A stretch of 64,000 nucleotides of DNA from Phoronis australis. Its lineage: Eukaryota; Animalia; Phoronida. This document shows positions 11,501 to 23,500 of the stretch, one piece after another (the stretch's first letter is position 1; each line of letters starts with the position of its first letter). Below the pieces are notes generated by a model. The model ran no database searches. It was given only the letters and a program-made list of their open reading frames with translations, and had not been told where the DNA came from. The position numbers were made by a program, and so were the translations under genes. The stretch lies in contig NMRA01000250.1 in assembly GCA_002633005.1 (NCBI GenBank), positions 470,907-534,906 of the forward strand, read 5' to 3'.

Positions 11501-14500
11501 ATGACCCTAGGCCGTTGAAACCGGGTCTCCGAAACGGGTGAAAGCGGAACCTAAGATTCTTCATATTTACGCTCTGTGACGTATCTGTAATCTATGAAAG
11601 ACTTACTACAAAATCGTGGTGCATTGGTATCAAACTTTGCTGCTAAATTACAATCATTTTACAGAAAATTGTGCTGAAAACACAGGGCGAAAACTTGCCA
11701 ACTGACTGCCTCACAATCGTTGATATGGCAACTTGACTGTTTGAATAAAATACAGTTTCGACTGAAGCAAATTACCTGAAATCCTCCTTAAGTTTTCCAA
11801 GTAGCGTCCCTAAGATTTTTAAGTTCCCATGGAGTCAGTATCACGGCAGGTTTAAGTACAAATCTGTGCTACATGGTGCCATCTAAAAGTATGATCGGCA
11901 ACATGAGAAAAATGTCTGGACGAACACACGTGTTGTTGTCACGTGATGCTTGTTTTGAAGTTTGTCTGCATTTGTGAGTAAGCGAGTGCGTGTGTGTCAC
12001 CAGAGTTCATTTTCCAGAGCAGAGACCGTCTTTTGGCCAGAGCTTCGTAATGTAACGAGTTAGATGTGCATTGTATGTAAAGAAATTCGCACAAACAGTC
12101 AGCCTAAACCAGAGCGTGTTTCATTCAGCACTTGCCAGTCACGTGCTAAAAACGTTCGACATTTGTCTCGGTAAGGCCCATATTAGTCGCCGTGTGGCTG
12201 GATGCGTAGGTGACTATCTGACAGTTTTTTTTTGTGGTGTAAGGGTGTGTAAGCATTCACTGTCAGTGGTCATTTTATCGGATATTTGGCTTAAAATACA
12301 CCAATTATGGTTAATCAAACAACTCATCTTAAAGATAACGCAAACATTTTTCACAGTATTAGAAACTGTCGGAAATTAGTGTCAATGTTCATTTCTTGCC
12401 GATGCTATGCTATCCGTTTCATGAATGGATAGTTCCCGACTAATGTCTTTGATGATAGGTTCATGTATGTAGCGTGCGCTTCCTGGCCACGTGCTTTTAA
12501 CACTGGCCAAGCTTTTTATTAGTCTTCCATTCGCAGTTTTCAGTCGTGTACACAGAAATTTGGATTTCTGTTGAAAGCGGGAAATATCTACAAAGCAATC
12601 CCGTAGACAAGTGCACTACTTCTGTTGTGAAAGGCCAGACCATTGGTCCTCACAAGATCAACAGAACATTTTGTGTTCGTTTTGAGGCATGGCGGAAGTT
12701 TGAAGTGTATAATCACTGTTAAATACCGTCATAGCAGCAAGGCTCGTGGTCTACAAATTCTGCACACAATGATTTTTTTCAGGACTGTCGGATATTATTG
12801 ATAAATTGAAGACGGTACTGTAGAATTTTAGGACTGTAGGTAAGGCATTTTTCGCACGTACACGTTCATGGACTGGGCTCTTATTTTAGCAAAGTCTAAA
12901 AACGCGTGGGGGCGCTTATAGGGGCATGGGCGGTTATTACGGCAAATACGGTAGTAGTGAATTGAAGTGAGCTTTGCGGGGCCTAGCCAGCCTTATGATA
13001 TTCTGAAGTGTTCTTTGACAAATAAATACAGCTGTGGACATTGTTCATGGCGATGGCGATTAAATCTATCATGGTACAGGGTAAGTGACAATTGATTGTA
13101 ACAGCCAAGTTGTTTTGCAAAATCGCTAATTTTCCATTGAATGGTGTTTATGTCTTTTTCTTAAGTTATTGGACCATGTGTGTGGATCACATTCTGATCT
13201 TCCCAAACGTTCGTTCAAGTCACAAGGTGAATTAGTAATACACTGGGTAACAATCGTCAACTCCACCGCTCAACAGTCGCACATCGGCTTTAGGATGATG
13301 CTGACTAGTTATTCTGATAGTCCAGGTAAGATATTGATGAGTGGTAGTAGTAGCAAGAACAGCAACAGCAGGTGTTGTAGTAGCAAATATCGTTTAAACA
13401 CCTGAAAACAGAAAAGTTACCATTCACGTTGATAGTACAAAACTCTGCAGGTGGTCTGATACACGTCGCATCAGTGTGTGCAGGAGGCTCAGCCAGGCTG
13501 CAAACGTGACCCAGTCTCTCAATAACTTTTTACTCTCGCGACATTTAGGGAGCTGGCGAGGTATGACATTTGACCTATTTTGATTTAAAAACAGGTCACA
13601 AACTCATTCTTCCTGGCGTCGTCTGTGGCTTTTACTCCTTGAAAAGAAAACCTGTCATGAAAACCTGAGGAGACACTCATGCATTGTGAACATAATTAAT
13701 TTAAACCTTGAGTTCATATTGCATGTTGAGTTCATATTGCATGTTAAGTTCATATTGCATGTTGAGTTCATATTGCATGTTGAGTTCATATTGCATGTTG
13801 AGTTCATATTGCATGTTGAGTTCATATTGCATGTTGAGTTCATATTGCATGTTGAGTTCATATTGCATGTTGAGTTCATATTGCATGTTGAGTTCATATT
13901 GCATGTTGAGTTCATATTGCATGTTGAGTTCATATTGCATGTTGAGTTCATATTGCATGTTGAGTTCATATTGCATGTTGAGTTCATATTGCATGTTGAG
14001 TTCATATTGCATGTTGAGTTCATATTGCATGTTGANTTGCGTGTTGAGTTCATATTGCGTGTTGAGTTCATATTTCATGTTTGAGACAGCTCAACTCAGT
14101 TCAGTTATATCCCCCCAGTAGTCCAATCTTGTCTGCCTGGCTCGCACACCACGTCGCAAATGTAAAAAGTTCTTGAGCAACTGGGTCGCATTTGCAGCCA
14201 GGCCCATTGCACCCAACACCTGAAACCATTGTCACAAACGGGATTTGTCTTTTGTCAAAGTAAAGCTCATTCCAGTCCTACATAAACATTCCGCAGATTA
14301 AGATCTAACTGAGGAGCTTGGGACCAACGGTTTAGCAATGGGGTCCAGTGGTATTTGAACCAAGGCTTTTGAGAACAGGAAGCAGGCAGTTGACCCACTA
14401 GGCCACACGGTCTCCTCCATCTTAATGGCAGGCCTCTGTAAAGCTTTTGAGAAGCCGTTAATCTGGGGATTGCCAGTTTTAACCACACCTGCCACTTGCT

Positions 14501-17500
14501 TGATTGTGTCTTGTCATTGTTGATCTTCTTTGATTAGTTGTATGGTGTTGAAATTCCGCTGCAGTGCTGTAAGATTTGGATTTTTCTTCTCAAAATTACA
14601 TCACAGTATTGATTTATTTTTTAATACTTTCCATTGCATCATCTTGGAAATAGTGCGAAAATGCAAAATGCCAAAGGCAAACAAAAAACTTTATATAACA
14701 GTTTTTGAGGATTTACAATATTCAGTTTCACGAAAACCCAATCATATGACGTTCCTCAAGACATGAAAGTAAGCATACAAGTGACAATTGATGAGATAAT
14801 AGCTGCTTTAGTTCACCACCATTATCTAGTGCTGACTAACTCGATCTAACATCAAAATCCCTATATCAGTTCTCTTAATCTATTAACGGTTTAAAAATCT
14901 TTACCTCAAGTTTCTGTCGTCCAAAATTCTGAGACTAACCAAATTAAGGTTATGTATGACCCTCGAAAAATGGCCAAATTTTTGGCAAAACTTTGGAACG
15001 TCTTATCTTAGAAACGGCTGGTCATATTCTTATGAAACTTTCACATACCGTCCATTTTGTTTTGTTCTCCAAAACGCTGTTCAAAATTGTTTTAAATGTT
15101 CACTTATGCATGAGCGACTTTTGTGATTTTTATGAATAAAAACTTAAAAGTTGCATAAAACGAAAACGAAATTATAGTTTTAGAAAATTTACAGCATTTT
15201 TGAGATTCCACCTATAACATAATTATATCGAATGAAATTTGTTCTTGTCGTTAATATCGTTCATGTTATCAATGTTGTTCATGTTATCAATATTGTGCTT
15301 TGGATGGACCTTTTCTCTTTTGCTGATTTTTTCTAAAAAGACACACTCTCGCGACCCAATTAATAACTGATTATTACAAAGTCAAAAATCAAATATTTAC
15401 TTTTAATGAGTCAGTTAAAATTTAAAATTTAAGTTAATTTAGTTATTTGGCTTAATACGCTGAGAAGTGGATAAGGTCCTGCATGACCTTTTGCTTTGAT
15501 TTTGAGTTAAGCAAACTGTGATTGTGAGACTGGCAAGACTGCACATTCTATGTGAAACAAACTGAAACCACATTGCATTTCAACAGATTACAGTCTGGCA
15601 TTGGTTATCAGGTGTGTAACATAATTTGTGACAAGCCTGTTTGTTTATTGCTGACATTTTGTGTTATCCTAATGGTGTGTGCTGTTTGAATGTTTGTTAT
15701 TCCTTGTGTCGATAATTGCTGCTAATCTTAATGTTGGGCCATGTCCTCATAATGTCCCAAGTGTATAAGTTAGCATTTATGTTTTGTTATCCAACCATTG
15801 TGTGTAATTGGTATTTATCAATAAACAGTAACAGAGGGGCAGATATTTTCTTTGTTACTATGGCAACATATTATTAAGAATGATCAGGGTTTTGTTTATG
15901 AAATAGTGACTTAAGATTTAAGTCAGAAATTTGATCTACTGTTGAAGAATTATTAAATCTCCATTTAGCAAAAAAAGAAAGATACAGTCTCATAACTGCT
16001 AGCTTCTGGGATAACTTCTATAAACCATGTATGATGTGCTCACAATTACTTGGCTAAACCTTTTTCAGCAATTGTGAAGTGGGAACACAAGACCAAATAA
16101 TTGCAGGTTTTCTGGCACTCATTGCACCAGGTGCTGCTCAGGTGGAACCTTTTTATGGTTTATTAATAGTTAAGACCACTCTGAGGAGCTAAGGCCCTGA
16201 CTCAAGGTCTAGCACTGTGTCCCAGTGGGGCTCAAGGTCTAGCACTGTGTCCCAGTGGGGCTCAAGGTCTAGCACTGTGTCCCAGTGAGGCTCAAGGTCT
16301 AGCACTGTGTCCCAGTGGGGCTCAAGGTCTATCACGGTGTCCCAGTGTGACTCAAGGGTCTAGCACTGTGTCCCAGTGTGACTCAAGGTCTAGCACTGTG
16401 TCCCAGTGTGACTCAAGGTCTAGCACTGTGTCCCAGTGTGATTCAAGGTCTAGCACTGTGTCCCAGTGTGACTCAAGGTCTAGCACTGTGTCCCAGTGTG
16501 ATTCAAGGTCTAGCACTGTGTCCCAGTGAGACTCGACCTCACGACCTTGAATAAGGGAGCAGACACTTATCCCACTAAGCCTCACTTTCAGTCGTGAGTC
16601 TTTAGTCTTTCCATGTGACAGACCACAGATTGAGGAACAGAGACATTTACTTCACTATAAACTTACTATGAAAAGCTTACACTAACCTGTATGACTTGTT
16701 GTGGGCCTGGCAGTTTTATGTTTTACTTGTCTTTGTATCAGCTGATGCTAATTGTGCCACAGTTTTATATAGTAATGAAGCATAAAAAGGTTCCAGGTGA
16801 TTCAGTGCAATGGGTCTACCTGAGCAACCTGTGCATGCTTCTTGCAACGTGTACCCGACCCCCTGCAATTAGTTTTTTAAGACAGGTATTTGGTCTTGTG
16901 CTCCCACTTCTCAGTGACATCACAGGATCACCTGTTGCTTTTCATAGAAAAGCAGTGGAGCGAATATGTTGGTCTAAAAATTGCCATCAAAAAGTTTTAC
17001 CATGTTGACAAAAATTGTCACTGGGTTGCCCAATTATGGTTTCTTTTTATTTCTAGATGGCGGATGTGAGCCTAGGTCTTTACTGTGCCCAGTAAAGGGC
17101 TGGTGTATACCACAGTCTTTAATGTGTGACGGTTTCCCACACTGCACTGATGGTTACGATGAGGGCAGTGCCTACTGCGTAAAATGTATGTTGAGTCGGT
17201 GGTTTTGTTGGTGGATAGTATGCGCACTTTAAGATATATTGAGTGCTGTTTAGGTAGTGTTACTATTACCTTGGGACATTTGGGATTGTGCCAATATCGA
17301 AATTTACACACAACCTGTAGCTCTAAAAGAGCTGGAAGCCTATGCAACACTACATGCCTATGCAAACCTCATGTTTTCTATGGTTGTACTGTGGTCAGAA
17401 TGGAGGTCATAGGTGCTTTTTGAGCTTTTAAACTGCTTCATTATGCGCCTACATATTTATATGGGGGTGCATATTGCTGTCATCTCTGTCTGTGCGTCCG

Positions 17501-20500
17501 GCATCCGCGGCTGTATCTCCTAAAGCCCTTGCAGGATCTTATTGAAATTTATCAGGTGTATTCTTATGGGGTTGACGACAGAGGGCGATGAGTTTCGGAC
17601 CGACCTAAATACCGCTGCGCCCCCTGGTGTCAATTTTAATTTTTTACGTTTGCCTCTGTATCTTCAAAGGTCCTCATTTTCATGAAATTTGGCACATAGG
17701 CATCTATTAATGAGGTGACGCTATCCTTTTGTTTTTGGATAGATTTGAGGTATTTTGCGCCACCTAGTGGCCATTTTTACTGCTTTTAAGTCTCACTGTT
17801 TTTTGGTGTCCATCCCTCCATCAACCAAACCGCTCAAAGGATGATTGCGAAAATTGTCATGTATGTTCTTACTATGAAGTGGACGGCTGACGATGGTTTT
17901 CCGACAACTTCAACTACTGTGGCGCCTCCTAGTGGCAATTTTGTTTTTTTGCGCATATGGCTGTATCTCCTAAACCGTTTGCAGGATCTTTACTAAATTT
18001 AGTAAGTGCATTTATATGATGTTAATAATGCAGGATGACGACTTTAGGACAGATCTGACTACTGGTGTGCCACCTAGTGGCAATTTTATTTATTTACGTT
18101 TACCTCCGTCAAATGTCTTCAATGTATTTTCATAAAATTTGGCCTACAGGCATCTGTTAATGAGGTGACGCCATCTCTCCATTTTCAGATGGATTCGACC
18201 TAGTTCGCGCCACCTAGTGGCCATTTTTACTCTTTTCGAATCTGTTTTTTGGCATCCACTCGTCTATCAACCAAACCGCTTTCAGGATAATTGTGAAAAC
18301 TGGCATGTATGTTTCAACTATGAAGTGGACGGCTGACGATGATTTTCCGACTTTGATTACTGTGGCGCCTCCAGTTGGCAGTTTTTTTGCGCTAATGGCT
18401 GTATTTCCTAAACCGTTTGTAGGATCTTTACTTGATTTAGCGAGTGTATTTATATGATGTTGACAAACAACGACGACTTTGGGACAGATCTGACCACTCG
18501 TGTGCCCCCTAGTGGCAATTTTAGTTTTTTATGTTTACCTCTGTATCTTCAAAGTTCCAAAACAGATTTTCATAAAATTTTGAGTATAGGCATCTATTGA
18601 AGAGATGATGCTTTGTTCCTGTTTTTGGATGGAATCTAAATATTTTGCGCCACCTAGTGGCCATTTTTGCTGTTTTCAAACCCTGGTCAACCAAATCCTT
18701 CTAGGGATGGTTTTGAAAATTGAAATGTTCTCAGTGTGAAGAGGACGTTTGATGATGGCTACTGACTACTGTGGCGCCTCCTAGTGGTAGCTCTGTTTTG
18801 CATCCATAGCTGTATTTGGATGGACTGTACATTTTTGCGCCATCTAGTGGCCATTTTTATCATACAAATATATAACCCTAAAAGCACACCATTTGTGATG
18901 TATTCGTGGGCTCATTTCAACGCTTCGTGTTGCTCTTGTTTTGATTTTGAATTAATTTTGATCATTCTTGGCCCACAAATGTAGCACTCGGTATATCTTT
19001 AATAAGAGAATATTGCTGACTTTGGTGGTTTATTTTTATGTTATGCCTCAGTTAACATTTTTGTCGTGGTGTGTTTTATTGAATTGAAATTTACAAAGAA
19101 TGCAAGATATTGATGCCAGGGACCTTGTGCATGATTGGGGAAAAATAAACCGTATTCGTTTACTTTGTAGAAACATGATCGTGAAACTTCCAAGTGTAGT
19201 GTGAAGAATGTTTGCCATGTTTTGAGATGTAACCACAGTCACTGTGTCAAATAGTCTTCCTCAACTTATTAACCGTACATGTCACAACCAAGGATTCATT
19301 AGGGTTCAAGAATGAGTTATGGAGTTATGTCTTCATTAGCTCTGCTAATGACTGAAGCATGAAGCACAAAGGTTTTGATTTGCAATAACTCTGTTCCATT
19401 GTGAATCTCGGAGTGACCGTGAAATTGCAATGTGACAGCGGATATATCACCTATTGATGGATGTTCCAATTTAAGTGTAACAACTGTACACAAGTATGCT
19501 TGAGCTTCCAATTAGTTATGTGGAATACTAATAAAGCTAAAAAGCCATGCACAGAGACCTTTTATTTTGGTCTGTAATTTTGTAGTTTTACTACAATTTG
19601 GGAGTAGACTATAGTCCTTCGTTTAGCTTGCAATTACCCTGCTTTCTGCCTAAAAAGCCTTACTTTTGATTTTGACCACTTACGGTGAAAAAAAACAGGC
19701 CTCAACTTGTTCCTTTACTTAAGAATTGCTTTTGAGAGAGAACTGTAGAATTGTTGGAGGCTACGCTTGCTGCATAAAATGACCGGCTGGAACAAGCAAA
19801 TTTATCAAACCTCGAATCTCAAGCACTATCAAACTGTAAGTTCTTCCTTAGCCCACAAATCATAATCCATTAAGAATTTGAAAAAAAGAGTGAAGCACAA
19901 TTTGAGACAGTTTTTTTATTACTGTAAGCAGCAGTCTCAAACAAAATCTTGTGTTTTGACAGAAGGCAGGTTCATAGCATTTTTATGCGCCAACATATTT
20001 ATGTGTGGAGTGGATGCATTAGGCCATCATTTCTGTCTGTCCGTCTGGCGTCCGCTTCTCTATCTTCAAAACCCTTTGATGTATGTTCATGAAATTTTGC
20101 GCTTTTTCCTTTCATTGATGGGACGGCGTGAGCAAACTTTCAGACGGATCCGACTACCGGTGTGCCCCCTAGTGGCAATTTTAGTTTTTTACGCTTACCT
20201 GTGTATCTTCAAAGGTCCTCAACGTATTTTCATAAAATTTGGTATATAGGCTTTAAGTAGTTAGATGGCGCTATCCTCCTGTTTTCGTATGGATTCCACG
20301 TAGTTTGCACCACCTAGTGGCCCTTGTTACTGTTTTCGAGCCTGTTTTTTGGCATCCACTCCTCTATCAACCAAACGGCTGAAAGGATGATTGCGAAAAT
20401 TGGCATGTGTGTTCTTGCTATAAAGAGGATGCCTCATGGCAATTTTCCGACAAACGTTGACAACTGTGGCGCCTCCTAGTGGCAGTTTTGTTTTTTTCTC

Positions 20501-23500
20501 TGAAGTTTCTCGACAGATTGTTATGAAATTTGATAAATAGCTTTCTGAAGCGATGACATGTTCTTGTTTTCAGTTGGATTTGACATTTTTTGCCATCTAA
20601 TGGCCATTTTATGATACAAATAAACAACCCTAGAAGCACCCTGTTTGCATTGCACTCATGGGCACATTTCAATGCTCTGCGTTTCTCTTGGTATTGGCTT
20701 CAATGGCTATTACATTTGCTGAAAAGTTGGATCGATTCTCAAAGTTAGAGCTTGGCATGGTAACCTTCACCTTCATTGTTATTAGTTTCTTTATGTGTTT
20801 CAAATGAACATTATACACCAAAGTCTCCAATATTTTCCCGAAATTTGTGTCATCTTTTTTTCTTTGCCAAGAAACAGCTTCATCTCGCTTTACTGATGCT
20901 TTCAAACATGCAGTGCATTGTGGGAGTTTCTGCCAAGTCAAGCATACTCTTCTGTTTTCTGTGAGACCGCTGTTGCCTTATTTCTACCGATTTCAAACTG
21001 GCAATGCATTGTGGGAGCTTTTTGAAAGTGTCGTGCCATTCTGATTCCTATGAATCAAACCAGTTGACCTCGTTACTCGTGATTTCAAGCATGCAATGCA
21101 TTGTGGATTTTTTTGCGAAACATCTTGTGTCATTCTGTTTCTTTTGAAACGGGATGAACTCTGGAACTGCTAATGTACTAATGTAATGTGGGAGCTGTTC
21201 TTTAGGATATTTGTCTATCCTCTGTTCTACCTGCACTTGAGCAAAATTGAGAAATTGTAATTAATATGCATCTAAGTCCTTAACTCAGATACAAGCCTCA
21301 GTTGCACCAACATGTAACCACTTACTGCCTGAGTTACACCAACATGTGACCACTTACTGCTATAACATTAGTCTCAACTTGATCCTTACTTAGTGATTTC
21401 TGAGTTTTGAAAGGACTTACGTTTTGTTACTTTTTACATTTAAGTTCACTAATTTTAACTTATAACAAGTCTAAGATTTGTCTCAACTTTCAAACTTTGA
21501 AACTTCCATCTCAGTTAAGTTAGTCAAAATTAAAACAAACCTTACTAATGAAAAACTTATGAACTCTTTCTTGAAACGGTCTTGAGACAAATGTAATTTT
21601 CATTTTAAAATTTTCTGAAATTTTAAAATTTGTTTTAGCTCAAGTCAAGTCAATTTCATTTATTCCATAGCATTTTAAAAAAAATATAAAACAGTAATGC
21701 AATTAAATGATAATATAACATGTATGAAAAGGAGGAGACAAGAAGTGACCTTTGAAATCAGCTGACCACAATAAGCGTGCTGCCTTAGGCAAAGATCTTT
21801 AGCCGCAATTTTCTGTCAAGGGCATTGAAAAAAGGTTCTCTATGCCCGAGTGTCTTTAGTAGTAAACGCCATCATGAGTTGCTATGCCTCACTGACTGAA
21901 ATGCATGACTCTGAATTGGTTTGTTCTCAGCTACACCTGCAGCCCCACCTGCCCCAAGTTTGCGTTCAACAGTGGTTGATCCCACCAGCAGTGTGAGTGA
22001 GTCGGAGACGTTCTGGTTCATCGCTATGTTAGGAATCATCGTCATTAGCATCCTAGGTGCCATTGCGGCTGTTGTACGTAGGAAGCACATCGAGCGGCGT
22101 CAGCGTGAGTGTAAAATTATGGTAGATGACTTGGTAAAGTATGATGTATGTTGTGCCGGATTTACGGGTCATAATCGGAGGCTTTAAATTCCCTGCGGAG
22201 GGCACAACCAAAAAAAGCTTGCAAACAAACCCAAAACAGCACCACTACCGTGAGTAAAGTTTAAATCTCTCCAGAACAAAATCGTAGATCTGCCACTGTT
22301 ATGTAAGATTTTGGACACCATAGGACACCATATGGAGGACGGGGGAAATTTTGTTGCCTCATTTTTTTTGTAAGTGATGTATAGTTACCAAAGTGATGGT
22401 TTGCTATGTTACAGTTTTATACTACAGCTACCAAAAGACGATATTTTGAAAAATTGTGGGCATTTGAAAAATCTCAATCAGTAGAACCCCTTAAAACCGG
22501 AAAGAGCGCAATTTTGACTATCATCTTTTTTAAATTGGTGAGCTTTTACCGCAGTTACCTAGTTTTTGTGTTACTTCCAGCGAGGTTCACGTTGGCTCTG
22601 ATTCATTACCCATATGTGACCTTTTTAAGAAAAATGTGTTTGGTGATTTGCACGTAAAACTGAGTTTACCTGAAGCCTTTTATATCAGGCGTGACATTGT
22701 ACTGTATTATGTTGTAGGTCTGACGAGCAGCCAAACGGACGAACCTGAAGACACGCCCACTTACAACCGGCAAGAGAGTGCATTGAGTACTGGATCAGCC
22801 ATGAACAATGTTGGTAAGTTACTCTCATACATGGTACATCACTGGGGTTCATAGTTTTACTACACAATGAGAATGTGCATGCCTCAATGGTATGTTCAGA
22901 CTCGCTGTTGACTAATGAAATGTGGTGTATAGGCCTGTGGTCAACAGTTATTGCTACTTCCTACTAGCTAAATAGAACCAGGTCTGTCCCAGCTTTATGA
23001 AGCATTACTCTTGGCTTTTTAAAAGCATAAAACATTTTTAGTTCCAGTATTTGGCCTAATTTTTTTCTGTATTTCATCATCTTATTTGATATTCATCTCC
23101 TTGTTTGAATTTCCTTCCTCCCTTAGTCACGATTACTCAGGAAGTTTGAAAAAGTTTACCGTGCAAGTCGAAAGAAAACGGACAAAATGGCGTGTTTTTC
23201 CACGTCGTGATGGCCGACCGAAAGCTGAATTTCACGCTATGATGTTTGAGTGTAAACGGAATTGGCTGTCATAGTAGCTGACTGCCATGATGGATAGCTC
23301 TAGTCATTGAAAATGAGACGTGCTATTGACTGTTCCTGTAGTCTGGATCAATTGTGAACAAATCTGGTGAACTGGGTATTAGATAACTTTAGGTTAAAGG
23401 TCAACTGTTTGTTGTGGAGATAGTGAAAAGCCAGATTTACTTTGGAAATCTGCAGTTTCCTTTTCGCTTGTTTTATTAATGCAAGCCTTCAGACATAGTT

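Noticed and set aside
12071-12379. Similar ORFs at 12071-12379 and 36178-36417 as a transposase or gene family
   Set aside because: Short, frame-broken between copies, no DDE/DDD motif; internal MITE sequence.
13655-14121. Four repetitive ORFs (MNSTC, VEFILH, SSYCML, YELNMQ)
   Set aside because: Translations of an 18-bp intronic minisatellite; the same applies to ORFs over 16347-16585, 26174-26456, 33119-33565 and 59398-59697.
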